Part shown: piece by piece, positions 1 to 13,780 of the stretch | How the letters are laid out: the number at the start of each line of letters is the position of its first letter | Numbering within the stretch: position 1 is the first letter of the stretch | Assembly (NCBI RefSeq): GCF_009914755.1 | Contig: NC_060930.1 | From: the human T2T-CHM13v2.0 reference genome, Homo sapiens | DNA: 64,000 nucleotides | Strand: one strand, 5' to 3' | Made by a program: the position numbers and the translations under genes | Notes under the pieces: generated by a model | What the model saw: the letters and a program-made list of their open reading frames with translations, nothing else | The model's database searches: none | What the model was told of the DNA's origin: nothing

Positions 1-1531
1 ATCATTTATGAAGTTTAGTTTTGCTGGATATAAAATTCTTGGCTTATAATTGTTTTGTTTAAGGAGGCTAAGGATAGCCCTCCCCACCCCAACCCCTAGT
101 CCCTTCTAGCTTGTAGGGTTTCTGCTGAGAAATCTGCTGTTAATCTGTTAGGTTTTCCTTTATAGGTTACCTGGTGCTTTTGCCTCACAGCTCTTAAGAT
201 TCTTTTCCTTCATCTTAACTTTAGATAACCTGATGACAGCGTGCCTAAGTGATGATCTTTTTGCAATAAATTTCCCAGGTGTTCTTTGAGCTTCTCGTAT
301 TTGGATGTCTAGATCTCTGTCTAGCAAGGCCGGGGAAGTTTTCCTCAATTATTCCCTCAATATGTTTTTCAAACTTTTAGATTTCTCTTCTTCCTCAGTA
401 ACACCATTTATTCTTAGGATTGGCCATTTAACATAATCCCCAACTTCTCAGAGGCTTTTTCTTTTTTTTTTTTTTTAATTCTTTTTTTGTCTTTGTTGGA
501 TTGGGTTAATTCGAAAGCCTTGTCTTTAAGCTCTGAAGTTCTTTATTCTACTTGTTTGATTCTGTTGCTTAGACTTCTGAGAGTATTTTGCATTTCTCTA
601 AGTGTGTTTTTCATTTCCATAAGTCGTGATTATTTTTTATTTATGCTATTTATTTCACTGAAGATTTTCTCCTTCCTATCTTGTATCATTTTTATGGTTT
701 TATTAAGTTGGACTTTACCATTCTCTGGTGCCTCCTTGATTAGCTTAATAATCGACCTGCTGAATTCTTTTTGTGGCAATTCAGAGATTTCTTCTTGTTT
801 TGAATCCATTGCTGTTGAGGTAGTGTGATCTTTTGGTGTTGTTAAAGAACCTTGTTTTGTTGTATGACCCAGAATTGCTTTTCTGGTTCTTTCTCATTTG
901 GGTATACTATGTCAGAGGGAAGATCTGGGGCCCAAAGGCTGCTATTCAGATTCTTTTGTCCCATGGGGTGCTCCCTTGATGTGATACTCTCTCCCTTCCC
1001 CTGGGGATGTGGCTTTCTGAGAGCCAAACCGTGGTGATTGTTTTTTCTCTTCCGGATCTAGTCACCCTGCAGAGATACCGGGCTCTGGGCTGGTACTCGG
1101 GAGTGTCTGCACAGAGTCCTGTGATGTGAACCATCTTCAGGTCTCTCAACTGTAGATACCAGCACCTGAGCGTGCTTAATTGTGGTTTGGTTTTGTTCAT
1201 TGTTACTAGTTTTGTGTTGGTTGGCCTCCAGCCAGTAGGTGGCGCTGTCAAGAGAGCATCAGCTGTGGTAGTATAGGGAGGATCAGGTGGTGTGGGGGCC
1301 CTAGAGCTCCCGGGAGATTATGTCCTTTGTCTTTGGAGTTTTTCAGCTGTCCCCTGGGGCCTGCAGCAGCAATCTGCTTCCTTCAGAGGGTTTGTGGATT
1401 CTCTTGGCTTTCCTGGTACGTTCCTGCCGTAGTTCTTGGAGCAAAAGTTAAGGAGGTGAGTCCCCACACGCTGCTCTGTCCGTCCGAGTGGGAGCTGCAA
1501 ATTAGTCCTGCCTTTCTGTCTGCCATTTTCC
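1..1531 (-). mobile_element. L1PB-type LINE-1, 5'UTR and degraded ORF1 (continues beyond the window start)
   Basis: Minus-strand ORF1 peptide IQIREAQRTPGKFIAKRSSLRHAVIRLSKVKMKEK. The 5' end reads GGAAAATGGCAGAC...GCAGGACTAATTTGCAGCTCCCACTCGGACGGACAGAGCAGCG, like L1PBa. Confidence 0.85.
1232..1246 (+). promoter_or_regulatory. CTCF-like motif within the L1 5'UTR
   Basis: CCAGTAGGTGGCGCT matches the CCASYAGRKGGCR consensus. Confidence 0.5.
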
Positions 1532-1779
1532 TTGTGACTCTGAAGAATATTTTTCCCCCAACATGGGTTTGTTTCTGAGATTCTCATAAAAGTACATACT
1601 TCTTAAAAGTTGCATTTTCAGTTAGTACATTTGAGATTGTTGACATTTGGATTTTATTCTTCTGTAAGCCATCATTTTATTATTGAAAAAGTTTATTTGT
1701 GCTGAGGTAAGGTAGCTTATGAGTTCAGAGCAACTAGTGCTAAAGGAAGGCTATTTTGTTGTTTTTTTAATGAGATGTG

Positions 1780-2480
1780 AAGTATTATAGCTCAAATATT
1801 TTCATAAGAACTGTCTAAACCTCTATTTAGAATACCTATATTCAACAAATAATTTTGCAAGACAAAAAAGTTGTCAAATAAATTGCCTTTTTCATTCTTT
1901 TGAATCTTTTGCTAAATTTAGATGCTGTAAAATGTTGTTTTTATCCAATCAAAAATAGAAGGGCCATGAAATTATTCTTTCTACAATTTGAGATACTCCA
2001 AAGTGCACTTACTGAATTTCAAAATTATTGTACATTGCTCTATATATTCCATTTTTGTCTGTCACTTGATATTTTTAGAGGTTAATTTCACTGCATGCTT
2101 ACTTGCAAACTTTGATTTCAACAATTGCAGTTTGCCAAAAGGTTCAAAAGCTGACTTTTCAAAAGACAGTTGTTTGTTGAAAGTTTTGATCAAAATTTCC
2201 AGCTGATTTTGAACAAAAGGTAACCCAATCTTAGAGGTCTCACCAAAACAAAACAAAACAAAAGGTTCCAAGTCATTTTGCGATGCCTGGATTGGTTTTC
2301 AAAGTAGTTTTTTGAAGGCTAAATGAGTTGAGTGCCAAAGAGAATGGGTACTGCCATGATGAAGTATTCTTAACTTTAGTTTAATTTGTTCTTCGTTATT
2401 GTGTATATGAAAACCTGTATTTGTATTAAAATCAGAATAACAAATAGTGTTCCTCATTGAGCTTTTACGATATTATTAAC
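1780..2480 (-). mobile_element. Degraded hAT (Blackjack-like) DNA transposon transposase fragment
   Basis: Frameshifted minus-strand peptides RILHHGSTHSL / PSKNYFENQ / FVQNQLEIL..KSAFEPFGKLQLLKSKFASK / ALEYLKL. Confidence 0.5.
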
Positions 2481-2502
2481 AGTAGTGTTTAACCTTTTAA
2501 GG

Positions 2503-2832
2503 CAGGATTCAGCAAACCTTTTCTGTAAGGGGTCAGACAATAAATATTTTACGCTTTCTTGGCCACAGCTATCTATTGCAACTCAACTTCTGCCTTGGTA
2601 GCCTTAAAGTAGCTATAGACAGTATGCAAACAAATGAGTGTGGCTATATACCAATACAACTTTATTTATGGAGACTGAAATATGAATTTTGTATACTTTT
2701 CATATATCACAAAGCATCAACTTTTGATCTTTTTCCAACCGCTGAAAACGTAAAAACCATTCTTACTTTGCAGGCCATGCCGAAACAGGTGGCAGGGTGG
2801 ATTTGGCCCGCAGACCAATTTGTTGACCCTTG
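2503..2832 (+). mobile_element. MER58B-like hAT-Charlie MITE
   Basis: Ends CAGGATTCAGCAAAC...TTTGTTGACCCTTG, with a typical MER58 internal sequence. Confidence 0.8.
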
Positions 2833-5800
2833 TTCCACGAGTTGAATGAAAAAAATAGAACTACTAACGGAACTGATCTCCTATTTGAAAACTGGCACAA
2901 TCTAATTGCCTGTAAAGTTCTTCCAAGCTAAAGGAGCCAATATTTAACTGCTATTATGTATGTGTTTAATGTTCAGGAGAACATTTAGGGGAAAAATTGG
3001 CTTAATTATGTTAGAACAGTCATTTGATCTAAATGAACAGTCATACTTTAGAAAGAAATGTGAATACTACAATTTTATAAATGCAAATTCTGCGATTGCA
3101 CCTAAGAATTAGTTGTCTTTGGGTACTGCCTTCTTAAAAAAAAAAAAAAAAGGTGGATATGGCTATTTTTTCAGATGTTGTCTGGTTTTCATGTGCCCAC
3201 TGATAGCACCCCAACCCCACAGGGTGCACGGCAAATGTGGAGACATGTGCAAATTACTATTTACTATTAACTTTCTTGAGAAACGGAAATGTAGTACTTA
3301 TTAAATCTGCATTTTTATTTTTTAGTTCATTGCTCCTAGAATGGCTTGTAAAATACAAACAATCAAAACAATAAAATAGTTGTGGATTTACACTATACAT
3401 GACAAAATCATTATAATACAAGCTGTCAGACTAATATTCTATGTAATTGCTTCCCATGTGATGCCAGCATGCTTTCTTCCGTCAGAGTGCTGGAGAGGGA
3501 GCTGTTAGTTATCTTGGACCTGGAAAGGGCCCAGAAAATAGGTGATTTATTCCTGGTTGACTTTCAGAGTTAACAACACATTGAAGTGTGAACTCTGTTC
3601 GCTGTATGTGTGTCTTGCATGCTACTAGATGAGATGGTGACAGAAGCAAGACATAGAAAAAATAGGTTATTTATTAAACTCAAACTGGCTTATTTTAATG
3701 CAATAGTGAATCATAATATTTAATTAAAAATGAAAAATACAAAGACAAAACCAGATTGGACATTGAGACAGCAGTTGTAAGCCAAGACTGTTTTAGGCAA
3801 ACCAAGACATATGGTTGTCCTATTTAAATCCATAAAATTAAACTTTTCTGTAATTTGGATAGTTCTACTCTTTCCTTTTCCCATTTTGGTCAGCAAAGTA
3901 GCCCCCTATTAGGTTTCTGCAGTAGTCTCAGATCCACTTAGATCTGTGATCCCCCCATTCTTATTCTGCACACTACGTTTACACAGCCCTGCTGTGTGAA
4001 CTAATGAGACCCAGTTACAGTCATGTCTATCTGCTGCTTAAAACCCAGCATGGACCACCCAGGAATGCCACCAGTGGCCCTCTAACTATTGCGTGCACCA
4101 AAATCATCAGTGTGTGAGGGTAGTTGCAAATTTCTGGTTCCCTCCTAGAGATTGGTATTCAGTAAGTCTTGGGAAAGCCCTGGTGCATCAAAGTTGAGTC
4201 TCTGTGCATCTCATTACTTTGTCACTTGCCGCCCCCATCCGTCCCTGTCTCATGGTCCACCCAGCTGTTGTAGGTCCCCAGTGTCCTGTTTAGTGGACCT
4301 GTCTGTCTTTTTCCCCACATTCTTTCAGCAGCTAAGGAGCTGCTGTTGTACATCTTTCTGTTGAAATTAAATTTATTGCTCTTTGATTCCATTTTTCTCT
4401 AGCTGAGCATCTTGTGTGATAGCAGGGTCTAGGTCTCAGATCATCTGTATTCTTAACCTGATGCCTGAAACTTGTAGTTACTGTTGAGTGATGGTATAAG
4501 ATTCAAGTTAACAGTCTTTCCATTGTTTCTCTTGTCATGAACTGAAGGTTCAGTGAATTAAAGTAGGATTTGTGTAGTCACTTCATTGTATGTATCAAGT
4601 TCTGCCTTTAAAACTTCAGTTTTCTCCAGGATCAATCAGTGTGGTAATTTCAAATTTCATACTTTAAAAATTGAGCTTTAGAACGGGCAAAAATGCCTCC
4701 TAAACATTTACAACTTCTGCTGTCTTTTGAATTAAAATAAAAACTGTGTCTCCCTACAGCCAAGGTAGGGCTCAACAAACGAAAGCTGAAAGGTGCTGGA
4801 AGCCTCCTGCACTTTGGGAATATACAGTCAGGAACAATTGTCAGGAGTTCTGTAGTTGATTCTGTAGGTTGGGATTGCCATAAGGTTGGTTAGAAAAAAG
4901 ATGTGCGAAAGCTTTCCTGAGGGTTTTTGCCCTTGCTTTCACATGTCCCATAATTGAAATTAAGAACTGCTGGCAACTGGTTAGTGACCAGTGTTGAAAT
5001 GGGAAAATATTACTGGCTTATGCTTTTGCTTATAGATATTGAAATTTAATAAAATTTAACCATAGTTACATATGATTCTATGAAATTAGGTAGGCTCTTC
5101 AAGAAAAATGTGAGCAATGTAAGGCAGGGTATTTTTGGGAGGGGGGTGCTTTATTGTATAGGCAAGCTCTCGAACAGTGTCTGATAATTAGTAGTGTCTG
5201 ACAATATTTGCTGAATGAGTGAACTCATGGTAACATAACTCCAGTATGGCAGATTGATTCTTGGTGCTTTTTTTCCAGTGGCAAACTTTTATAGAAATTG
5301 GAGAGTTTCGTAAAGACTTTTAAAAAGTTGTCAGAATTACCTATTATGTCCTTTCCTAGATAATCAATTTGGAAACAATTGCTGGTACCTTAAGCCCGAT
5401 GTATGCCTCCTATTATAGTGTTGAAAATGTTCTTTTGACAAATGCATCAATGACCAGGCACATGAGAACAGTGCACAGCTGTAGAAAAACAACAATGAAG
5501 GTCTTCGACACAGGAGAGAGTCTGCACTGCATCACAGCTGATCCGAAAGTTAAATTCAATGAAAAGGCAAATATTTTGGTCAGGAGAGGAATTCTTCCTA
5601 GGGAGTATTAGCACAGTGTATTTTTAGTTGTGTGGCTATTTATAGCTGCCCAATGGCTTGCGTCTGAGTCTTTATTTGGTTTTTAGGACATGCTAAGGAT
5701 TGAGGGTCGTGGGCCTTAATTGTATAGAAGACGCAGTTGCGTTTGGTTGCCTGGAGGCTTCTCTGTGAAGCCTGGTGGGACACCTGCTGGCCAGTTTGGC

Positions 5801-6699
5801 CCTTCTTAGTGAAGGTGATAGAGACAAGGGCAGAAGGTCATTGTATTTATAGGATATTTGAAGCTTATCTTGTTTACTTTGTTAATAATACTTGAGTCAT
5901 TTTTCTAAACATTCTTTGCATAACAGCAAAGATTAAAAAGATAAGTAATGTAATATATTAGGCCCTAGTTGTCATTCACCTGTTCTTGTAGAGCTGATAC
6001 TTTTTTCTTGATCAAATTTTAGGTTTAATCATATTTAGCTTAGAAGAGTGGTCTGTCTTAAGAGTATTCTGATTATTTAGGAACATCTAGATGAAACTTC
6101 TTTGCCTTAGTCCATCGTTTCTCCTTTAAATTCCTAAAGGCAGGAATGAGTGTTTCTTAAAACCAACATGTATAAAGCAACATTTTAGGCAAACTGGGAT
6201 GAGGAAAAACATCTTGAAGGGGGCTTCATAATGGTGTTGGAGCCTGTTAAAAATGTGGAATGGAAAGCCGATCATGAAAACAGATAGTACTGACTTTTGG
6301 CAAAATGAGTCTTTATGAAAACATACCTTAATGATTATCTGACAAATGCAAGTGCTTTTTGAGGTTAACAGAATTATAAACAGGAGACTGCAGACACTAA
6401 GGTCACTACTGAGCAGCACGATAATTCGTGTGGTGTGTTCTTTTTAAAGATTAACAATCTTAAGTCTTTTGTATGTTATGTTGCTAAGTTATTTGGGGGA
6501 AAGTGTTAAAATAAGTGCTCTTACTTTCTTTCTCCACTGCTTTTGCACAAAAACTTTACTGTTCAAAGAATATTGTCCATTCAGTTTACTTTTTATTTTT
6601 AAGATGAAGTATCCCCCAAACTGGTCATGCCAGGAAAAAAAAAAAAAAAGTCTCTTCCTTCCAAATTTAAGCATGTCAGAAAATTCTTACTTCTTTTGC

Positions 6700-7260
6700 A
6701 CCTGTTAAGTGCCAGGCACTTAAAAGTTCAAGGGACATAGCAGGAAACAGTACTAATGAACTGCCTTCATGAAGCTCACATGTAGACCACAAACACAGAA
6801 AGAAAACACAGTGTGTTTGATGGTGAGATGGTGTGACGTGCTCAGGAGAAAACAGGAGGCAGGGAAGGGGATAGAATTGGGGGGAAAGGGTGGGGAGGGA
6901 GGGGGGCAGTTCCAGCCCTACCACTAACTAGAGTGGACTAGCTGGGTGACTTCATTTAACTCTGGAACCTGTTTTCTCATGACTGGATTGGCAAAAATAT
7001 AATACATGTTCAACATACTTCATAGAGTTTTGTGGGTAAGAGGAATATTATTAGTAGTAACAAGGGCCTTATAATTGCACATAGGATAACTGTATTTGCT
7101 TACTGAATCTTCATAGTAATGCTTCACGCTAATTGCCAGTATCACAATTCATTCTCTGATTAATTCAGCAAATACTTGTTGAGTGTCTGCTAGGCACGAG
7201 GGATATAGCTAGATTTTAGATACACAAAACTCTGTTCTCATTCTGGTTGAGCTATGACTG
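6700..7260. mobile_element. L2 and MIR fragments
   Basis: L2 3'-end-like gtgccaggcact..., attcagcaaatacttgttgagtgtctgc; MIR core gtgacttcatttaactctggaacctgttttctcat. Confidence 0.5.
6879..6906 (+). other. Potential G-quadruplex
   Basis: GGGGGGAAAGGGTGGGGAGGGAGGGGGG: five G-runs with 1-3 nt loops. Confidence 0.55.
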
Positions 7261-8099
7261 AAGAGATGTAGTGTCTTATACCTTTCACCGTTGCTGTGTA
7301 TTTTATCTTTAAATGTTCAGTTTGGTGACTTTTGTCAATTAACTAGAAAAGTCGATGTTTTAGCGAAAAAGTTTATAATTTTAATAGAGCTTGTGGTAGG
7401 GAACTCACAGTGGTTTTATTTTCCTATTACTTACTCTTGGGGCTATTTAAACTAGTAATTTTGTTTATTCTATAAGTTTCTTAATTTTAAAAGTATTCAT
7501 AGAGTTCTTTTCCTTGTAAGAATGCTACTGTATAGCCCTAAAATTTATAATGGTTCAGGAGAACTTTGGATATAATACATTTTGTGATAACAGTGTGGAT
7601 CAAGAAGTAGAAATGAAATATGCCATTTGATAATTGAAAGCATATAGTTAGATCGTGAAAGCCACGCACTAGAATTTGTCTAAGTTGATGAAATGCTGAC
7701 TGATGAATAAGGTGAATCTTTCTTCATTTGGGCCAGTAGAATGGAGAGATCCATATAATTTGGATATTTAACAAAAATTTTCAAGTGTTAAAAAATTATT
7801 TGAAAAAATGTATAATTTGCATTAGCCAGTACAGAATTCTTAACTAACAAGCAGAAAATCCAGGAGTACTGCTCATTTTTTAAAAGTTTTTGATTACCAG
7901 GGGAAATATAATGGCACCGAGGCACATGGCAATGACTAATTAAAACTGAGCACTAGGGTCTGTGGCTCTCGACTGACTAGTATTTGTGATTTAATCATAC
8001 TGCCCTAAAGATTTGGGCGCTCACTTGGGTGGGCATAGTTATTACAGATTGGCCTACACGTTCCCTTTCAGAGCCAGAGGACATGGACGTCTTATTTAG

Positions 8100-8295
8100 T
8101 AGAAAGTAGTAATCTGGGTCTTCCAACTTTGAGCTCTGTGCTAGTTCTGTAACCTGGGCCAAAGTTACCTTTGGTTTTCCCATCTGTAAAATGGACGTAA
8201 CAGCAGGGTGGTGAGAATCAAATGAGTTAATTGATGGTAAAGACTTAACCTAGTGCCTGGCATGTAGATATACTAGGTACTTTATTATTATTATC
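8100..8295 (+). mobile_element. MIR SINE
   Basis: gtaacctgggccaaagttacct...catctgtaaaatgg...aaatgagttaat...cctagtgcctggca. Confidence 0.7.
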
Positions 8296-9265
8296 TATCA
8301 TACAAAGCTGAAGGATTGTCAGAAAAGAATCATGAGTGCTTCACCATGTTGGAGAGCTTCTGGGCTGGCAAATGTTTAACTTTCCCTATAGGTGGTTAGG
8401 GGTGAGCTTTTGAGGTCTTCATTGTGGCAGGCGACATCTGGGACAGCTCCTCTCTTGTGGGTGTAGGAAGCTGGAGTCTGGGGGCTCTCTCTGTTTAAAG
8501 ATCTTTCATGAGTAGAAACAGACGATTTGCTCGGCCGTTTGTGAGGGGATTTTCAGGTGGGCACGAGGACCTGGCTGGAAAGGAACCACCGTTTAATTCT
8601 TCACTGCATTCGCAGACGCATTGCATCCACCAGCACCTTGGTAAAAAGTCTTAACGCAACAATCCCTGATCGTGGCTGTGCACGTAGTCATTCAGGCTTT
8701 GTCAGCCTCATGTTAGAAGATGCACATGGCTGTCATTCTTCATGTTTAAACCTGAGAAACTGAACAGTCAAATTTGGGGAATGGTCCAGGACTGAGGAGT
8801 GCTGAATCTACCAGCCCCCAGTTGAGGTTCAAATAAGTGGGGGTGATAATGATACTAACCAAAAACAGTGTGGCATTTTACACCCTTTTCTATGTCAGTC
8901 CCCTACTTTTATTTATTTCTATAGTGACTTTTTGAAGTAACCAGGCCAGTTGCTTCTTGGTGGTGTGTGTAATTTATTTCTCTTTCCCTTGCTCTTCTGT
9001 AAAGCGATGGCTTCCCCTTTGCTCTTAGCAGATAACCTGTTGGGTGACATCTAGGCACCAGGCAGAAATCCCATTTCCCGTTAATGTTTCAACATGTGGA
9101 TTTAGCATCTACTGATGATCCTTGCTGAATCTTCAGTGGGTGTTACAATTGGAAGATTTTCTAGTCCTGTCGTTCCTTCTGTGGTTACCAGGTGGAACTA
9201 TTTTGCAAGGAAGAGCTGTCACCAACTGGGGCAAATGATGATTCCTCCTAAAAAGGCAGGGCCAG

Positions 9266-9575
9266 TCTTCCTTCCTTCCTTCCTTCCCTCCTTCCTTCCT
9301 TCCAATCTTCCTTCCTTCCTTCCTCCTTCCTTCCTATCTTCCTTCCTTCCTCCTTCCTTCCTTCCAATCTTCCTTCCTTCCTCCTTCCTTCCTTCCTTCC
9401 AATCTTCCTTCCTTCCTTCCAATCTTCCTTCCTTCCTTCCTTCCAATCTTCCTTCCTTCCTTCCAATCTTCCTTCCTTCCTTCCAATCTTCCTTCCTTCC
9501 TTCCTTCCTTCCAATCTTCCTTCCTTCCTTCCAATCTTCCTTCCTCCTTCCTTCCTCCTTCCTTCCTTCCTTCCT
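9266..9575. repeat. (CTTC)n/(GGAA)n microsatellite with nine CCAATC interruptions
   Basis: Directly visible; recurring 20-bp unit CCAATCTTCCTTCCTTCCTT. Confidence 0.97.
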
Positions 9576-9756
9576 GTTTAGATTTAAATCAAGTTTACAT
9601 TTGGTGTAAAATCATTGATTATAAGCAAAGATTTAACATTTTTGTGTGTGTATCATTGTGGGTTTGTGATTTTTATTTGATGATTCAAATACATTATTTT
9701 TGTTTGAGTTGTACAATTTTTAGCCAGTGGGAACCCTTTCTCATGGGTTTCTTTGT

Positions 9757-10040
9757 TCTTTTTTTTTTGAGACAAGGTCTGTCTCTGTCACCCAGGCTGG
9801 AGTGCAGTGGCTTAATCACAGCTCACTGCAGCCTCGAGCTCCTGGGTGCAGGTAATCCTCCTGCCTCAGTCATTTGAGTAGCCGGGACCAGCTACCATGC
9901 CCAGCTAATATTTTAATTCTTTGTAGAGAAGAAGTCTTGCTTTGTTGCCCAGGCTGGTCTTGAACTCCTGGCCTCAAGTGGTCCTCCTCTTGGGCCTCCC
10001 AAAGTGCTGGGATTATAGGCATGAGTCACGGTGCCTAGCT
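9757..10040 (-). mobile_element. AluJ
   Basis: Poly-T then gagacaaggtct...cccaggctggagtgcagtgg...cccaaagtgctgggattataggcatgag. Confidence 0.9.
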
Positions 10041-10159
10041 CCTTTGTTCTTTTGACATCTGCCCATACTCCCTCATTAGTCTTTTCCTGCTTTTTGACAC
10101 AGTAAGGTGGCCAAGGCTCACCTTATACTTCCTCATGCAGTTGATGACAGTAATTCCGT

Positions 10160-10410
10160 AGCCATTACTGAGCATGTACATTTGTCAGGTACTGGTTTGT
10201 ACTTTAAAAGAATTACCACATTCAGTTCTCATAACAACCGCGAGGGTAGATATTTTTATTTTTCCCGGTAAAATAGAGGACATCAAAGTTCAGAGAGCTG
10301 AAGAAGGTAACATAACTTATCCAAAGCTAAGCTGCTAGATGGCAGAGCCTGCATCTGAATCCAGGACTTCCAACTGCGGAACCTCCAAACCGTTGTTCCT
10401 AATCACTGCC
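10160..10410 (-). mobile_element. MIR SINE
   Basis: ttactgagcatgtac...gttctcataacaacc...aagttcagagag...gaatccagg. Confidence 0.6.
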
Positions 10411-12236
10411 AGTTTTGGCAGACCTCTTCCTTCTCTTCCTCCTTCTCCTTCTCATTCCCCTCCTCCTCCCTTCCTCTCCCATTTTTAGTACCAAGGATAG
10501 CTCTTAAAGTATCTCTTGAGTCTCTTCTCAGCTTCACTGCTGTCTTGCTTCAGGTGCTGGTTTTTCTTTTAGATTACTGCATCGAGTCCCTGTCTCCTGC
10601 CTTTCTTCTCCCAATATCCACATTCCTGTCAGGAATATCTTTTAAAAAGGAAACAAAACAAAACACCAGGCAGCTGTCACCTTTGCGTACAGGATAGAGC
10701 CCATCACCGTTTGTGTGGCACACTGGCTCCTCACACCTGTCCCCACACCTGCCCCAGCTTCTCCTGCCATGCCACAGCACACCTGCGTGTGCAGAACAGC
10801 ATGGCAGGCACCTCTTAGCTGGCCTCGTGTGCTCCCGTGCCTTCGCACACCTTGTTTCTTGCTTCTTGGGATCCTCCTCCCACTTTGTAAAATTTTGTTT
10901 TCCCGAAATTCAGCACAGATGGGCTTCTGTGAAGGTGTTGTCCTGATTCTCTGTGCAGAGGTGAGCTCCTGCTCGTGGTGAGTCCCCTTGAAGTGTGTGT
11001 ACTTTGCACACGTGTCCCTGGGGGTGTAGTTCACTGTGCACACACGGCCTCCTCCAGCAGGGCAGTGACAAAGCTGGGCCTGACTCATCTTCGTAGGCTG
11101 CTAGTTCTTTCAGTCAGCAGATAAGGTATTGTTAACCCTCGAGACCTGTGCGAGCACACCAGTGTCTGGCTCTCCTCACTGGAATTGTCGCTTAGATTCT
11201 TATGTAATCTGAGTGATGCCGTCTTGCAGGCATGGCTCAGATCCTCTTTAAGATGTTTCCTCAAAACTCAGCATCCGCAGTTCACATCACCCTGTTTATG
11301 TTACGCAGTTTCATACTAGTCATGTATTTACCCCATCAGATCACCAAGTTTGCACTTGAGGTTTCTCCCCAGCACAAAGGACTGTGTACACCCCACAGGC
11401 TCCCAGTGAGTCATTTTGGTTGGTGAAGTGGTGGAGGCGCTTGGTCACCTGGGAGCTCTGTGTGTGTTTCTTTCAGTGGTGTCTAGAGAGAGGATAAAGA
11501 CGCCAAGTCTTCTACTATGGCAGGTGTTTTCAAATGGCAAAATGCTACACCACCTGGAATAAAATAACCTCATGACACTACAAGAGGAGAAACAAGGTTC
11601 CAAGGCTTGGGGGAAGCATGTGCCGTTGAGGGCACACACACCTAGCAGGTAAGTTGTCACACATCAGTGGCAGCACAAGGAAGGCTAGGTTCCAGGAGTC
11701 AGCCCCCAGGGTGACGTCGAAACAAAAACCAGCCACCCCAGGGGTGTACATGAAGCACCACACACCGATTTAGGTTTGGCCTGTCCTCTTTTGGCCACTT
11801 GCCTTAGAAGTGTAAAGAGTTAGGTAAGATTAAAGGAAGAAGTCTACAGAGGCCCCTGATAATTGTCAGCCAAGACTCATGTTGAGAGTCAGGGCTAAGG
11901 TCGGAGTTCAACCCGATCCGGTTATAATTATGAAATATATGAATAGGGTCAATATGAGCTTTCTTATCAAGTGTTGGAATTCTAGAAATAGTCTATGTCT
12001 AGACAAGGTTGCTTTAGGATAAAATGAGAGAAATAATTATTTCCTGGATAATACGCTTAGGATTTTAGATTGACTATATAGATAGATTGGAGGATGGTTT
12101 ATTTAAATTAATAGATCTGCAATGGATTCTAAAAAGAGAACCAATGAAAGCCCAGTATTTAACCCTTTGAAGTAAAATGAAAGATAATTGACCCTTTTCT
12201 CTATTAATATCCTCCCATCAAACAGTTTAAAATTTT

Positions 12237-12412
12237 AATTTTTTTAGAGATGAGGTCTTGCTCTGTCACCCAGGCTAGAGTGCAGTGTTGTGATCACAGT
12301 GTCATGATCAGAGCTCACTGCAGCCTCGAACTCCTGGGCTCAAGGGACCCTCCCACCTCATCCTCTGGAGTAGCCGGGATTACAGGTGCATGCCACCACC
12401 CAGCTAATTTTT
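12237..12412 (-). mobile_element. AluJ right arm / FRAM
   Basis: gagatgaggtcttgctctgtcacccaggct...cccagctaatttt. Confidence 0.85.
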
Positions 12413-13059
12413 ATCAGCAGTTTTTAACCTATTTAAGCCCAGGGTCCCTTCTGGAATGTGCCAAGAAGGCATAGATTCTCAACCTAGAAAGTTGCACACA
12501 TGCACCCACGATTTTTCACACAGTTTTTTTCCATTTGGTGGAAGGACCAGGGGAATCACAAATTCATCTGAAAGTTATTTGTGGATCTTTTATCTCAAAA
12601 AGTTTTCTGGACTGTAGCCCACAGTTGAAAATGTAGTTTACATCACAATCTACACGTAAGCATATAAGATGAAAAGCTTCATAGAATACTAACCTGACTA
12701 TGGGCAACACACACTGTTCTGTTCTGGCTCGTTTTATGAAATGATTTTATGACACACTAAGGGGTCTCCACCTGCAGTTAGAAAAATGTAGCTCTCACTA
12801 TGCAGAGTGGGTAGACTTTAGAACCCTTGCCTTGTCACGGCCAAGCTCAGTACTGGGCATCTCATGCTCGGACGTAGTTCTTATGCTCATTGTCCATTTG
12901 TTGCCAAGGTTGATTCTGGCTAAATGCATACCCCAGGCAGTTAGAAAAGAAGAATTGCAAATCAACTTCTGACACATTAAAAGTGTTATGATCTGGCCCA
13001 CATTCATATAGATTATAGAGATCTCACATGCTCAGCAAATGTGCCTCCTTTGTGGTCAC

Positions 13060-13780
13060 AGCACAGGTATCTAAAAACACCAGGGTATAGCAGTGAACAA
13101 AACAAACAAAAGTTCCAGCCTTCTAGTAGAGGAGAGGGGCATCACATGAGATCATAAAATATGTCAGACTGTGATAAATCATAAGGAGAAAAAATAAAGC
13201 AGAGAGTGGGGTATGAAGAATTGGGATAAGGTTTGAAATTTTAGCTTGGATCGCTGGGTTGTTGGTGTCACTGAAAAAGCGACCTTTCCTGAGTGAAGTG
13301 AAGAGGTCGGCCGGATAGATAATTGCAGACAGGACTTTGTAGGCAGAGGCCATGGAAGTGCACAGTCCCTGAATGAGACAGAGCCCAGTCGTGTCTGGCG
13401 AGGAGGGAAGGGGACAAGGGGCCAGAAGGGCAGTCCACACATGTCCATGGGACCTTTTGGTTGTGCCAGGCAGCCTGAGGGTGGCAGGGTAGAAGCAGGG
13501 GAACAGCTGTGAGGACGCTGTTGCGACAGTCGGGGCCAGAACAATGGTGGTGTGGTCCTGAGGGATGGCAGCGGGAAGAGCGAGAAATGCATGAATTCTG
13601 GAAAGACTGAACCTGGGTGGGAAAGAAAGAAGAGAGCCCAGGATGGCCCCAGCCCAGAACTCTGATGGGGAAGACTGAGATGGAGTAGCTTGGGGCCTGG
13701 GGGGAACTTCAGGATCTCAACTTGGGGCAGGTAGAACTTTGTGAAGCCTTTTACACCTCATTGGAAAAGTCAAGAAGATA
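13060..13780. mobile_element. L2 fragment
   Basis: cagtgaacaaaacaaacaaaagttccagcc... and a purine-rich L2a-like body. Confidence 0.55.

Noticed and set aside
9115-9609. PSFL / EGRK repeat ORFs
   Set aside because: Translations of the (CTTC)n microsatellite.
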